Source of the DNA: Picochlorum sp. SENEW3
Taxonomy: Eukaryota
NCBI GenBank assembly: GCA_034226945.1
Contig: CP120462.1
Location: 372,001-436,000 of the forward strand
Reading direction: 5' to 3'
DNA: 64,000 nucleotides
Made by a program: the position numbers and the translations under genes. Each line of letters begins with the position of its first letter. Position 1 is the stretch's first letter. The notes beneath the pieces are model-generated. The model searched no databases, had not been told where the DNA came from, and saw only the letters and a list, made by a program, of their open reading frames with translations. Below, piece by piece: positions 19,931 through 32,744 of the stretch.

Positions 19931-20830
19931 ATGCTTAGAAGAATTATTTCCAATCGCGCATTCGCCCCTCTGGCGACACTGAGTGGAGGAGCTTTTGCAG
20001 CCACTCAGACCTCCTTTGCAAGATCTACCGAAACCGCAGAGGAAATGAAACCAGATTCATGGGTTCCTTTGAGATTGATATCTAGAGAAGAATTGACATC
20101 GGGTGAAAGGCCGACTCATCTGTTTACGTTTGAACTCTCTTCAAAACAAGGTGACTTGCCAGTTGCCTCTTGTCTCTTAACCAGAGCCCCTGTAGGCGAG
20201 AAGAAGGAGAATGGCGAAAATAAAATGGTTATGCGTCCATACACGCCTGTATCTGCGCCTGATGCAAAGCAGTTGGATCTTGCAATAAAGGTATACCCAG
20301 ATGGGAAATTGACACAGCATTTTGCATCCCTCAAACCAGGGGACACATTAGACTTCAAGGGGCCCATCGTCAAGTTGGACGTGGCGGATGCTGCGAAGAA
20401 GAAGGCAGGAATTGGAATGGTTGCGGGGGGCACAGGAATCACGCCGATGCTTCAAATGGCAGAACAGCTTTTAAAGATTGGCTACACATCACCAATAAAC
20501 CTCATTTACTGCAATGTTTCTCCGTCTGATATCATGCTCAAAGATAAATTGGACAGTTTGGCAAAAGCACATGACAATTTTTCAGTGTACTATATGGTTG
20601 ATGCAATCCCTAAAGGCACGTCATGGAGCGGTGGAGTTGGATATGTTACCAAAGATATCTTGTCAAGCAACATGCCCAAGGCAAACAGCGACTGCATGGT
20701 TCTCGTCTGCGGTCCACCACCGATGATGAATGCCATATCAGGAAAGAAAGTGTCTCCAAAAGAACAGGGTCCTTTGTCAGGCCTGTTGAAAGACATGGGA
20801 TACACAGAGTCTCAAGTATTCAAATTTTGA
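19931..20830 (+). CDS. NADH-cytochrome b5 reductase (probably mitochondrial type)
   Basis: RPYTP, IKVYPDGKLT, KGP, MVAGGTGITPM, VCGPPPM, QVFKF. Confidence 0.93.
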   Translation: MLRRIISNRAFAPLATLSGGAFAATQTSFARSTETAEEMKPDSWVPLRLISREELTSGERPTHLFTFELSSKQGDLPVASCLLTRAPVGEKKENGENKMVMRPYTPVSAPDAKQLDLAIKVYPDGKLTQHFASLKPGDTLDFKGPIVKLDVADAAKKKAGIGMVAGGTGITPMLQMAEQLLKIGYTSPINLIYCNVSPSDIMLKDKLDSLAKAHDNFSVYYMVDAIPKGTSWSGGVGYVTKDILSSNMPKANSDCMVLVCGPPPMMNAISGKKVSPKEQGPLSGLLKDMGYTESQVFKF

Positions 20831-20861
20831 TCTTGTTACAAGCATTCATGTAATACTACCT

Positions 20862-21568
20862 TCATCGGCTCAAAATGAACAAGTTTCCCTTATTCCCTCG
20901 AGATATACGCAAGGTATCATCCAAGTACGTGACTGTCAGCCCTCCTCGTGCAGAATCTGGTGCCTTTATTGGAATGATGCTGCCAATGTAAAACGTATCA
21001 AACTTGACATTCACTTTGGATGAATTCACAGGCTCCAGCGTCGCCTCTACTGCATTAAAGAAAGGCCACGTCTCCTGATTTCTAGCCTCCAGCTTCTCAG
21101 CCCTAATCGTTTGAAATATGTCCCCAAAAGGCCTCAGGAATGGAGGCCTCTTTGTTCCCAGGATGGAATCTGATGTTGTGTACTCCAACTTCCATTTTGC
21201 ACTCAACTCGGGACCAAGAACATTTTTAGTAGGATTTATTCGTTCAAGATCCTTTGCAAGACTATTAATACGCTCCTTATCCTCATCAGAAGCTTTCAAC
21301 CCACGTCCAAGGCCTTGCAAGCTGGTTAGCAACTGCACACACGCACCCATTCTCCATGATATACTGACACCTTTTGATTCAAAGGCTGTCATAAAGCTTG
21401 GTATCGTACCTCTTGCTTCTTCTCCAACCTCTTTTCGACCGTCTTCTTTCCCATATTCAAACCGAACATGGACCTCACAGTCTCAGGTTGCCTTCGAGTG
21501 CCCGATCGTCTCCGAACAGGCCTGGATGTGATCTGAATTTGTGTTTTGCTATGGATAACAGTCATCAT
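20862..21568 (-). CDS. Plastid lipid-associated protein/fibrillin; predicted intron 21333-21409
   Basis: LERINPT, WKLEYTT, VTYLDDTLRISRGNKGNLFIL; transit-peptide-like exon 1. Confidence 0.9.
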
Positions 21569-21779
21569 TGTATTGCATTGTCACCCACGTCGAATAGACA
21601 CGGTGTTTTGTTTGGAACAATCTGTGATTAAATGTATCTAAATAAGGATTATTCGTTGTCTTTCTCGAAGCAAGAATACAGCTCAAGATCAGAAAGCATG
21701 CGCATTACTGAAACTATTGATAGAAAATTGTAGTGTCTGTGTAGCAGGTACCATCAGATACGAGTTCGGGGGTGGAACG

Positions 21780-24700
21780 ATGCAACAACAGATCCAACAG
21801 GTGTTGGGACAGACCCTTGCGCCTGATCCGGTGCGTTTGCGTGCTACTTATTTGATGCATATAAGTAAAAGTTTATTAAGAATGTGTTGAAGGCGGTACT
21901 GTGCGTGTGCTCATGTGTGCTTGCGTGGATGCAGAGTCAGATCAAGAGTGCAGAGGCTGCACTCAAGACATTCGAAGCGCAGCCTGGATTTGGGGTTGAG
22001 CTCTTGAAGGTTGTATCGCTGGATAGTGTTCCATTGGAAATACGGCAGCAAGGAGCTGTTCAATTTAAAAATTTGGTCAAATATAGCTGGGAAAAGATGG
22101 ATGAGACGAGTGGGGTGGAGCAGGTTCGTGTGCTTGGGGATGATGAGAAGGAGCAAATTCGCCAGCATATCGTGGAGCTCATGTTGAATGCTCCTGATAA
22201 AGTGAGAGCTCAAATCAGTGAGGCGCTGACGATCATTAGTGAGTTTGATTTCCCTGAAAGATGGCCTAGTCTGTTGCCCAGTATCAAGGACAGACTCAAG
22301 AGCAGTGATTTGAAGCAGTTGAATGGCGTGTTGACAACGACTGATTCTATATTTAAGAGGTTTAGAGGGCAATATATTGATAATATATCCAATGAATTGG
22401 CGTACTGTCAGTTTATTATCAAGCCCTTGCTTCATGTGGCGACCAAGTTGACTGGAGCATGTTTGGAGCTTGGACAAGCATCATCATTACCTGATACTGC
22501 CAATTTAACTCTGTCTAATGCTAGGCTTGTATTGAGCGTTTTTTATTCTTTGAATTCTCCTGGGTTGACGGATGAGTTTGAGGAAAATTTGAAAGAGTGG
22601 ATGGATTGTATCCACAAGTTGCTCACGTTGCAGGTGCCTGCACTTACGATGAGCGACCCTGATGAAGAATCTCCATTAGATGCGTTAAAGTCTGTGGCAT
22701 GCGAGTGTCTGTCTTTGTTTATGGAGATGAATGAGGAGGAATTTGCGCAGTATCTTGAGACCTTTGTTGGTGATGTGTGGAAGCAGTTGGTGGATGTGGG
22801 TGATGGTGTTGGGCAGGATGCCCTTGCAATGTCTGCTATTGCATTTTTGACGACTGTTGCTCGAAGTGTTCATTATAGTCTCTTTGCTGGTGAGGATATT
22901 CTGAAGCAAGTGTGTGAAGGTGTTGTGATTCCAAATATTAGGCTCAGAGAGGGTGATGTAGAGCTCTTTGAGATGAATTGGGTAGAATATGTTCGACGGG
23001 ATACTGAAGGGTCTGATTCTGATACACGAAGAAGGTCAGCATCCGAGCTGGTAAAGGCACTTGTAGAGAAATTTCCGAATGAGACGACACAACTGTTTAC
23101 TGGATATGTTAGTGCACTGTTGTCTGAAGCTGCCTCGGATCCCACAAATAAGTGGCAGGCAAAGGATGCAGCAATTTACTTAGTAACTGCTTTGGCAGCA
23201 AAAACAAAAACTTCGGCAGCTGGTGCAACGACCACGAACGAGCTCGTCAATTTGAATGAATTTTATGCGTCGCATATTGCTCCAGAATTGGAGGATAAGA
23301 ATGTAGAGCATAGGACAGTCATTAAAGCAGATTCCTTGAGGTTTGTCACAGTCTTTAGATCTCAATTGTCAAGAGATATATTGCTGAGCATGTTCCCCAA
23401 ATGCATCAATTTATTGTCTAGTCCAGATAACGTGGTGCATTCGTATGCTGCCACATTGATAGAGAGGCTCTTGGCAATGAAATCGGATGGAAAATCAGTG
23501 TTCCGTACGGCAGATCTGGAATCTCTTTTACAGCCAATTCTAGAAAAGTTATTTGGAGCACTCAAAATGCCAGATTCTGGAGAGAATGAGTACGTGATGA
23601 GGGCGATCATGAGATTTGTTGCATTTGTTGGGACTGCTGTTGGGCCGGTAACATCTGCAGCACTGTCAGAGCTCTCTGCTGTCTTAGGAGCAGTGGCACG
23701 CAATCCAACGCAACCTAGTTTCAATCATTATCTATTTGAGTCCATAGCTGCACTCGTGAAGTATGGGTGCGATGGCAGCGAAGCATCATGTAGCTCTGTC
23801 GAGTCAGTCATTTTCCCTCCTTTCCAAATCATTTTACAGGAAGATGTGCAGGAATTTCATCCATATGTGTTCCAAATCTTCTCAGAAATGATTGAGAAGA
23901 GAGGAGTTGGCGGTCAAAATATTCCAGATACGTATATGCAGTTGCTCCAGCCACTATTGACTCCTCACTTCTGGGAGCGCCACGGAAATATTCCAGCCCT
24001 GGGTAGGTTGCTCCGAGCGTACATTCGGACCTGTCCAAAGCAAATCGAGCCACATGTGCAAGGTATTCTGGGTGTCTTCCAAAAGCTTGTTGCCCTGAAA
24101 AGTCAAGATCACGAAGGAATGTATATTCTGGATTACTTGCTTGCATCATTGGATCCCAGCACCATGCAGCAGTATCTTGGGGCCATATGGAGTATTATTT
24201 ATCAGAGACTTCAGTCTGCAAAGACCTCAAAGTTCTGCAAGAGTTTCATGTATACTGGAGCTCTTTTTGCGGCACTGCGTGGTGGTGATATTGCTGGTCA
24301 GTCGATGGACTCTGTGCAACCTGGCATATTGCTCATGATTGTGCAGAATGTATGGTCCCCCGCTTTGGCAGCGCCAGGAGCAATAACAAGCGAAAAAATA
24401 GCCCTTGTAGGATCTACACGACTTTTGACAGAGTCTCCGGTGCTGCAAGGATCAAATGCGAATGCTGCTGGTGCATCTTTGCTCCAGGCCATTGCTGCTC
24501 GCATTGCTGGAGGGACACATGCCCCAATGCAATCTCTGGAAGATGGTGGCCAGGACGTTGAAGAATTCTCTGGATATTCTGCTGCGTATGCGAAATTGCA
24601 CTACGCGTCTACTGAAGAGAAAGACTGGCTTTCTAACGTTCCCGACGGCAAGGTCGATGTGGCCCAGCGTCTATTACAATACAACTCCCAATCCTCTGGT

Positions 24701-24784
24701 CGCCTTGCAGCGCTTGCAGCACAACTACCAGCAGACAAGCAAGCACCAGTGGCTCAGCTATTCAAAAACATTGGTTTACAATGA
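21780..24784 (+). CDS. CSE1: Exportin-2 / CSE1 (CAS); predicted intron 21831-21934
   Basis: IBN_N start, DFPERWPSL, EYVRRDTEGSDSDTRRR, NPTQPSFNHYLFE, EFHPYVFQ. Confidence 0.95.
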
Positions 24785-24839
24785 TTTCATTATAACACCA
24801 AACTATTTAAATTCCGTTATATCGACATTTGTGTAGATA

Positions 24840-27419
24840 TCAGTTTTGTAGATCCTTGATCATATCTTGGCATCTCTGAACGAGTTTACTCAAATGACGA
24901 TCTGTAGCAAGGCAAGGAATCACTACATCCTTCACCATGGATCGCTCAAATTCCTCATCTCCCATAAACGACCCTTCCAACAGCTCATCTGTCACATCTT
25001 TTAACCTTGATTCATCCTTATGTCCAACCAAGAGCTGGCAATAGGACTTCAAGAATGATTGAAACTCTGTCCTGGACTCAAGTACTGCTGCTGCAGCCAG
25101 GTTGCCCTCTAGATGACTCCGTGAAACGTAGTATCGAGCTGTATTTGATGCACTACTCCGTCCTAACAGTAGTGATGAATGTATACTAGAATCTTTCCTC
25201 GATTTGCTCTGCAAATCGCTCACATCTCCCTGTCCAGATACATTCGCCAACGGGTAAAAGTTGGACATGCACGTGGAATCATCCAAGAGTTTAGTCCACG
25301 ATTTCAATACGGGGTGCCAGATATATGCACTCGAGTCTGAGAGCGATATGAGTGGTGAACCAGAATTAGACAAAGATATATCAATCGCAACCCTTTTACC
25401 CTCAAGGATGGGAGCAAGGTCGGCAGCAATGACCTCTTTCATGTCACACGCATCGTACACCTTCAAGACACCAGAGGTACTGGCCACCATAAGCAGGCTA
25501 CATGTAACTTCGGAAACAGCCAAATTCGCAATACCAGATCCAAGACATATTGGAGAGCTTTTTCGCCGTCCATTAGGAGTGTACACGATCACATGGCCAT
25601 CGTCAGTGGCCACTGCACAGAAATCCTTGGAGCCAACCACACCAACAACACTCCCTGAGACCAAATCTTGCCAAGAGACATGTCGCCCTGTCGCTTTGAT
25701 TTGTGCAAACGAGTACCCAGAGACGCTTAGATGTGCATTTGTAACAGTAATATTGACCCTATCTCGTTGCATATGCTCAATACCCTCCGCAAAGTCCCTA
25801 GAAAATGATGCAGTCTCCTCCATGAGGGATCCAGCTGACTGCCAGGATGCGGTGATTGATGGTAACACAGGTATTGGTGGCAATCGATTCATCGTCACCA
25901 CTGATGATGAAACAGGAGGAATACCATTTTGTGCACCTTCTGCATCTTCCGCATGCTCGCCATTTCCTGTAGTCGTCATTGTCGTCTCCTTCCTCTTCTT
26001 CTTTGCAGGGGGTGGGCTATGCACCACTGCTGGCTCCTTAGGACTCGCTGGACCAAACCCAGTCTGCGTAATACCCGCAGCCCCGCTAATACGAGCATCT
26101 AAAGCCTCTATAGTAGATGCAATAGGTGTAGATGCCACGCCTGCATTCTTCTCCAATGCCAGATGATCTGCACTCTCAATCAACACTCTCTTTGTCTGCC
26201 TTCCACCACTGGAACCATACAGCGTCTTCATCACAGTATCCATTTCCTCTTTCGTTGCAATCAAACCCAACTCCCGCTCCTCAAATTGAAAACACGCAAC
26301 AGACTTGTCCGCAGAACATGCAAACAGGGTTCTGCCATCAGGCGTCCACGCCACATCAAGGACCTGGCTGTCAAAAAACTTCTTCCCAACAAAGTATGCC
26401 CGCTCTGTCGACGCTGCCCACACACTCACCTTACCATCCTGAGCTCCTAATGCAAACACAGACGTCAAACTCTCGGATGGTAAACCGCCGCCCAACGGAG
26501 GCACATGATATAACCGTGGAGCAAAGCATGGAGACACAACAGCACCACGATGACCACAGATCAACAGATAGTCCTCCTTTTCGTCCCATTTTCCCCGAGG
26601 CACAGCCACTGCTACATGTGTACTACCCTGATAACTATTTCCTGCCATTATATACTGGCCATCGGGCGACCACGACAGCCTCATGGAGAATGTTGTAGTC
26701 ACCATGGACCCATGAACTTGAAATGGACTGGTGACTGTCCCAGCAATGGACCAATCATCTCGTTTCAAAATCACCACCGAAGCATCTTCCGACTGTGTCG
26801 CCAAATATGTCCCCACCGGATCCCATGCGACCCCTTTCACAAAAGAGGAATGATGCACGAGCGTCTTGACAGCTTTGCCAGTCCCCATATCCCAGACTAT
26901 CACTGAATTATCCAAGCTCGCCGTCGCAAGATACGCCCCATCAGGAGACCAACTTAAATCCACAATATTACTGCTATGGCCTTTCAAAACATATTTCGTT
27001 CGCCAATTCTCCACATTCGCCTCGCCCCCCATCACACCCCCACCAGGGCCATTGTGCAACTCATATACACAAGCAACACCATCATCAGACCCAGACGCCA
27101 CCATGGACGCCACTGGAGAAAACCGAACCACATTCACAGGGCCATTATGGTCAGTCAGAGTTGCAAGCAACGTCGCACTCGAGGTATCAGATTCTTTGCG
27201 CACATTCACAGCGACAGCAAGACTCCAAATCTTCACACAGTGATCCCCACCTCCAGTTGCAAACCTGTTTCCGTTCTGTTGCGTATGGATTGAGAATATC
27301 AAACTCCCTGTAATAAGAAAGATCAGTGTATTCATCCATCACGAAGAAGAGAACCAACCAGCAAGACACAAAAAAAGCGCACCTCCATGACGACACCATG
27401 GGAGTTTATCCACGAGCAT
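24840..27419 (-). CDS. HIRA: Histone H3.3 chaperone HIRA; predicted intron 27308-27382
   Basis: WD40 repeats RFATGGGD, ANVENWR, VKGVAWDPVGTYLATQSED, RLSWSPDG; C-terminal Hira domain GRR...SHLE. Confidence 0.92.
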
Positions 27420-27795
27420 CGCACTAGTCGTTTATAGTCATTAATTAGATATCTATGAATGAATTCTTTCTTCTTCCTTAATCACAGGGAAGATGAATGG
27501 GAAGAGGAAGGGGAATTCAAATGAATTTTGAAAAATCACGACGTCTTTCTTCACCCGAGTGCATATATACCTAGATTTGTTTCTGTTCAAACTCCTACTA
27601 TATTTTTACTATGAAATAAGAAATGATGATACCAATCCGACCCTGTCTCAACGTCAGATCTTTCTTTTTTTTCAAAGAGATCTCATGAGATCTGAGATAT
27701 CAATCTAGCTTGATACAATATCACAGTGTGAAATATACTACTATTACATCCATCTATACATAGAGGTACATGAAAAAACGCATCTACTAGTATGC

Positions 27796-29055
27796 CTACG
27801 ATGAGTAGGTTGATTTCTTTGCAAGATCAAACACAAAGGCCACATTTTCCTCTGGTGTCCCAACCAAGACACCATGGCCAAGGTTAAGGACGTGTCCTCT
27901 TGGCCCTGCACTCTGAATACAGTCCTTCACAGCGGCTTCAATAGCATCCTGGGATGCAAACAGTACTGCTGGGTCCACGTTACCCTGCACTCCCAAGTCG
28001 GGTCCGAGGCGAGCTCGAGCATCTGCCATGTCAACAGTCCAATCCAGTCCGACAACATCCACACCTGAAGTGGCCATTCTCTCGAGAAGACCGCCACTTC
28101 CATTCGCATACAATGTCAGTGGAACATTTGGATACTCTGCTTTGAAGCTCTGAACGATTCGTTTGATATATGGGAGGGACCATTGCTCCCAGATTTTAGG
28201 TGGCAACTGCCCACCCCAAGAGTCAAACATCATGACACAGTCTGCTCCACTGGCAGCTTGATACTTTGCATAAACAGCTATTTGATCAGCTATGTGGGAC
28301 AATATACCATCCAGAAGATCTGGTTGGCTGTAAATCATGCTCTTGATGTTCTTATACAGGGCAGAGGATGCCCCCTCCACAACATAGGTTGCCAGTGTCC
28401 ATGGGCAACCGACAAATCCGAGCACAGCAGCCTGACCCTGCACTTCCTGCTTCAAAAGAGACAGGGATTCTCCCACGAAGGACAACTGGTCCAGATCGAT
28501 CGGGGTCAATTCCTTGAGACGATCCATAGATCTGAATGGAGCATCAATCAATGGACCCTTGTTGTCATCAATTTCAAATGGAACACCGCAGGCTGGCAGC
28601 GGCGTCAGGATATCAGAGAACAGAATAACGCCATCAGGCTTGAACGAATTCCATGGTTGCAAACTAATCTCAACGATCAAATCTGTCTGCTCAGAGCGAG
28701 CCCTGAAGGACGGATACTTCTCCGCCAAGTCTCTGTAGGCCTTTTGGTATCGCCCTGCTTGTCTCATCATCCAACATGGAGGCCTCTCAATTTTCTCTCC
28801 TCGAGCAGCTCTAACCATGAGTGGTACAATATCATCTGTTGAGGCAGCAGAAACAACGGGAGAAGACGATGCACGGATCGCACACGTGCTGCTTCTATCA
28901 CGACTCCTCCTCCTCAGGCTACTCCCATTCACACTACTACTGAGACTCCTTTGCCCAAAGAAAGAAGGCACTCCCATACGACGGGCTCCTCCTCCTCCTC
29001 CCACCTGAACACGATAGCCACAGGAAGAAGAAGAAGACGTCATCATCGGTATCAT
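27796..29055 (-). CDS. UROD: Plastid uroporphyrinogen III decarboxylase
   Basis: PPCWMMRQAGRY, ILFSDIL, QGNVDP, LNLGHG; Ser/Arg-rich transit peptide. Confidence 0.96.
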   Translation of the reverse strand: MIPMMTSSSSSCGYRVQVGGGGGARRMGVPSFFGQRSLSSSVNGSSLRRRSRDRSSTCAIRASSSPVVSAASTDDIVPLMVRAARGEKIERPPCWMMRQAGRYQKAYRDLAEKYPSFRARSEQTDLIVEISLQPWNSFKPDGVILFSDILTPLPACGVPFEIDDNKGPLIDAPFRSMDRLKELTPIDLDQLSFVGESLSLLKQEVQGQAAVLGFVGCPWTLATYVVEGASSALYKNIKSMIYSQPDLLDGILSHIADQIAVYAKYQAASGADCVMMFDSWGGQLPPKIWEQWSLPYIKRIVQSFKAEYPNVPLTLYANGSGGLLERMATSGVDVVGLDWTVDMADARARLGPDLGVQGNVDPAVLFASQDAIEAAVKDCIQSAGPRGHVLNLGHGVLVGTPEENVAFVFDLAKKSTYSS

Positions 29056-29667
29056 TATGACTCCTCCTGCTGCTATGAATGTGTTGGTCTATACACCAAA
29101 AAACACTGACAGAAGACGAGGAGCGACAATCTGCATCACCACCACCATCATTATGATGAGAAAAAAGCATAGAGTACAGCATAAGAGACAGATGGGCGCA
29201 GATCCGCCCGAGTATCCAACGGATAAGGACATGCCATCCCAGATAAGGATACGAAAACCACCCCAGCGATGATGGCCCCCTTCAAGAGTCATCATCATCA
29301 CAATAATCACACTAGTAGTAGTACATCCGTGGCCACATGCTCATATCGATTGCGCCGATCGCCATGTGACATGTCTAAAAAATCAACACAGAGAGCTGTG
29401 CAGACAAATACCCATTCCCATTAACATACCCCCTCTCTACTATAGTATACTACTGTATTAAATATAACAGCCACCCCGTGGCAGTCGCGCCTTGGTTGTT
29501 GTTGTTGTTGCTCTCCTTCTTGTCCCCCTGGTCTTGCTGCTGCTGCTGTCTTTGTCTCTGTAGAGAAAGACATGATTGGGAACACCAACGTCGTTGAAAA
29601 TACGTCAAGATGAGTACCAGACATCATCATCGTCATAGGCCTATTATTACATGGATCAATCAATGAA

Positions 29668-30324
29668 TCAGTCATTCTTTTTGGCAGTGGGAAACTTGGG
29701 TTCAACAGCAGGTTCTTCCTGTGGTACTGGAGGCTGTTCCACTATATACACAATGGTTGGATCGTTTGGATCAACCACAGCATTTGCCACAAACGGTGGA
29801 GGTTTATACATCTCATCCACCTTTTGCTCATCGACAACGGGCGCCTGTTGATGACTCTCTCCCCCTTGCCTCTGAGATGCCGTCCGAATATATGCTACTG
29901 TCGAGTAGAAGAGAGGCACCATGGTGCCCATACCCCCATTGATAAAGCGAAGCTTCCATTTCAGCATTGGACTCCCCATGGGATCATCTACCCTTCGACA
30001 GTGTCCATGCAGATAATTCGCCCCCAAGATGGGCTGACATACGTCGAAATCTTGAATAAACAGGAGAGGGAGCTCGATACCCCGGAACTCTCCCTGTGGC
30101 TTGTCTGGCAGATATATCATCCTATAATTCGTCAGAAACACCCTTCCTTTTCCAGAATGCTTGAAACGATCATCACCACCTCCTGATATAGAGACATGGC
30201 AGGTATCTCGAGAGGCGAAAAAGTATTCTCCGAGGTATGGGACTGGAGCGGGTTTTGGTCTGTCCCTCTCCCTCGTCGCATACGCCATGGCTGGAGGCAT
30301 GTACACATTCGGGTTTAAAGCCAT
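29668..30324 (-). CDS. WBP2-like PH-GRAM domain protein
   Basis: MALNP start, G.VFLTNYRMIY, QPILGANYLHG, F..GG, DPNDP. Confidence 0.8.
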   Translation of the reverse strand: MALNPNVYMPPAMAYATRERDRPKPAPVPYLGEYFFASRDTCHVSISGGGDDRFKHSGKGRVFLTNYRMIYLPDKPQGEFRGIELPLLFIQDFDVCQPILGANYLHGHCRRVDDPMGSPMLKWKLRFINGGMGTMVPLFYSTVAYIRTASQRQGGESHQQAPVVDEQKVDEMYKPPPFVANAVVDPNDPTIVYIVEQPPVPQEEPAVEPKFPTAKKND

Positions 30325-30513
30325 TTTAAACCTATTATTATTATTATTACCAAGGTTGAATAGAATGCTGCTCTTGTTGTTGTAAAAAACAAAAGAGAAC
30401 CGCGTTTTGAATCTCTTGTTCTTCCGTATATAGATAATAAGAAAAACGTGGCAACGATTTTAAAAAGGGTAGAAAGAGATGCTCTCGTCCTTGATGGTGG
30501 GACATGTAAAAGT

Positions 30514-32505
30514 ATGGGTCGGCGTAAGAAATACTATCATAGGTGGGATAGTGAAGGATCTATTGGGAAGAAAAGAGAGGGAAATGGGGAAGAATGGGCG
30601 TATGTAAAACCAATGCATGGCGGACCGACCATGCATCTCATGGTCACGGGTCCTCAGCCTTGGTTGACTCGAATACATGATATAGTGAAGGCTGATGGTG
30701 GATTGAATGCTGTGTATATATCTGATTTGATGAAGCCGGATGATGTGCATTTTTTTGTATCCTTTGATTCAGAAAAGGACTCAGTAGATGCCAAGGGTGT
30801 GCTGGAGGGAATGAATCAAGGGCTGATTGCTTCGTCTTTTTCTGCCGAAACGTTCCATGACGCAAGCAGGGAAGAACAAGAAGAAAAAGAAGAAGAAGAA
30901 TGTGAGAGTATGGCAACACAGGGTCAAAGGAAGAAGAAGAAGGCACGGATGCCCAGGATTGCTGTGCATTATGCAGAGGTTGAGGTGAGGCAGCAGGGAT
31001 CTCGTGATGGTGAGCCGGATATATGTAGGGCTGAGATCGACCCAGATGCGTGTGATATTCCAGGTCTGATTGTGGTGCATGATTTTATCACGGTGGAGGA
31101 GGAGCAGGAGTTGTTGGATCTGATTGATGGTGGTGTTTGGGATCGGTTGGCTCGTCGCCGCGTGCAGCATTATGGGGCAAAGTTTTCTTATGCCACGAGA
31201 ACGGTCGATACATCATCCAATGTTCCTCGCATCCCAGAACAGATGTCTTGTCTGTTGGATAGAATCACAGCACAGGGGAATATATTGGATACTCTTGATC
31301 AGATTACTGTCAATGAATATCCTGTAGGGGTGGGTCTGTCGCCTCATGTGGACACGCATTCTGCTTTTGGGGATGCGATAAGCTCGCTATCGTTATCTGA
31401 AGGGGTGACCATGGTATTTAGGGGAGATGGAGAGCAGCGAGCGGTGTATTTGCCTCGACGATCGTTGTTGGTGATGGGCGGAGAATCTCGATGGGCATGG
31501 GAACATTACATCCCACATAGAAAGTCTGATGTGCTGGTCGATGGACATCGGATACAGCGGCAGAAGAGGCGAGTGTCTCTTACATGTAGAAGTATACGAC
31601 ATGGGCCATGTCAGTGCCCTTTTCCAGAGTACTGTGATTCTCAGCTGGGTGAGATTCCACCCACACGAATAGGAATGAACCATGACAAGGCAGAAGACAC
31701 AGCATCAGTAGCAGAGCCAGTGATTGAAAAGGGCCATGTTCAACAGGTGTATAATGCTATCGCACCGCATTTTTCTGCGACTCGATTCGCGATATGGCCC
31801 CGAGTGAAAGAATTTATAGAATCGATCCAATATGGAGGCATTGTGGCAGATGTTGGGTGTGGGAATGGGAAATACTTTGGCATCAGACAGGATCTCTTTG
31901 TCTGCGGAAGTGATATTAGTCATGGGCTCGCCTCTCTAGCGTCCAAAAGAATAGCGCCAAACCACACATCTCATGGTATTGTTGCATGCCCAAAAGCTGA
32001 TGTATGCATCGCCGATGGATTGCACACACCCTACCGTGATGCCTCGTGCGATGCTGCCTTGAGCATTGCTGTCATCCACCACTTGTCCTCTGTCCAGCGC
32101 CGAGTAGCTCTTATCGATGAAATCACTCGAATACTTCGAGTTGGAGGCCGAGCCATAATCACTGCCTGGGCCACAGAGCAAGAGAATATGAAAAAGCTGG
32201 CAAAATGGGAACCCATTGATGCTCCAGATCCAGAACATGATATCGATGGATACACCACTGCCAACGATTATCTCGTTCCATGGCATGTTCCCATGCATAG
32301 AATCGAAGCATCGTCATTAAGAGAGACGGGAGAGATTGATCGCGATAGGAACTCTATTAAATTCAAGCGCTACTACCATTTGTTTGCCCCAGGTGAGCTG
32401 GACAGATTGGTGGAATTGAGTAAACAGTCGACGCTCGTGGATGCATTCTATGACAGAGACAATTGGTGCATTGTGATTGAAAAGAAACCGCCCACGTATG
32501 CTTGA
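30514..32505 (+). CDS. ALKBH8: ALKBH8-type tRNA wobble-uridine modifying enzyme (AlkB dioxygenase + Zn knuckle + Trm9 methyltransferase); start uncertain
   Basis: RRVQHYG, TVNEY..G.G..PHVDTHSAF, W.H.I, RVSLT.R, CQCPFPEYCDS, VYNAIAPHFSATR, DVGCGNGKY, RYYHLF, DRDNW. Confidence 0.93.
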   Translation: MGRRKKYYHRWDSEGSIGKKREGNGEEWAYVKPMHGGPTMHLMVTGPQPWLTRIHDIVKADGGLNAVYISDLMKPDDVHFFVSFDSEKDSVDAKGVLEGMNQGLIASSFSAETFHDASREEQEEKEEEECESMATQGQRKKKKARMPRIAVHYAEVEVRQQGSRDGEPDICRAEIDPDACDIPGLIVVHDFITVEEEQELLDLIDGGVWDRLARRRVQHYGAKFSYATRTVDTSSNVPRIPEQMSCLLDRITAQGNILDTLDQITVNEYPVGVGLSPHVDTHSAFGDAISSLSLSEGVTMVFRGDGEQRAVYLPRRSLLVMGGESRWAWEHYIPHRKSDVLVDGHRIQRQKRRVSLTCRSIRHGPCQCPFPEYCDSQLGEIPPTRIGMNHDKAEDTASVAEPVIEKGHVQQVYNAIAPHFSATRFAIWPRVKEFIESIQYGGIVADVGCGNGKYFGIRQDLFVCGSDISHGLASLASKRIAPNHTSHGIVACPKADVCIADGLHTPYRDASCDAALSIAVIHHLSSVQRRVALIDEITRILRVGGRAIITAWATEQENMKKLAKWEPIDAPDPEHDIDGYTTANDYLVPWHVPMHRIEASSLRETGEIDRDRNSIKFKRYYHLFAPGELDRLVELSKQSTLVDAFYDRDNWCIVIEKKPPTYA

Positions 32506-32744
32506 TCGACACCCGAATGAATATGCATCCACACACACCAGAAGAGGCACCAATAACAACACAGTCAGCAGATGATGCGCAGCATGATGATACTGGCACA
32601 TGCCGCGGGAAGAAGATCCTAAAAAATTCTCCCATCATCCGGCAGGGTACCTCTGGATCAAGGATACAATAGTATTATTTGTAATACATACGAGAGAGAT
32701 ACATATACAGAGAGAGTCTGAGAGAGTGAAAGAATCAATCAAAA

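Noticed and set aside
29060..29660. Short ORFs and simple trinucleotide runs between UROD and the WBP2-like gene
   Set aside because: Low-complexity UTR or intergenic sequence with no recognisable product.
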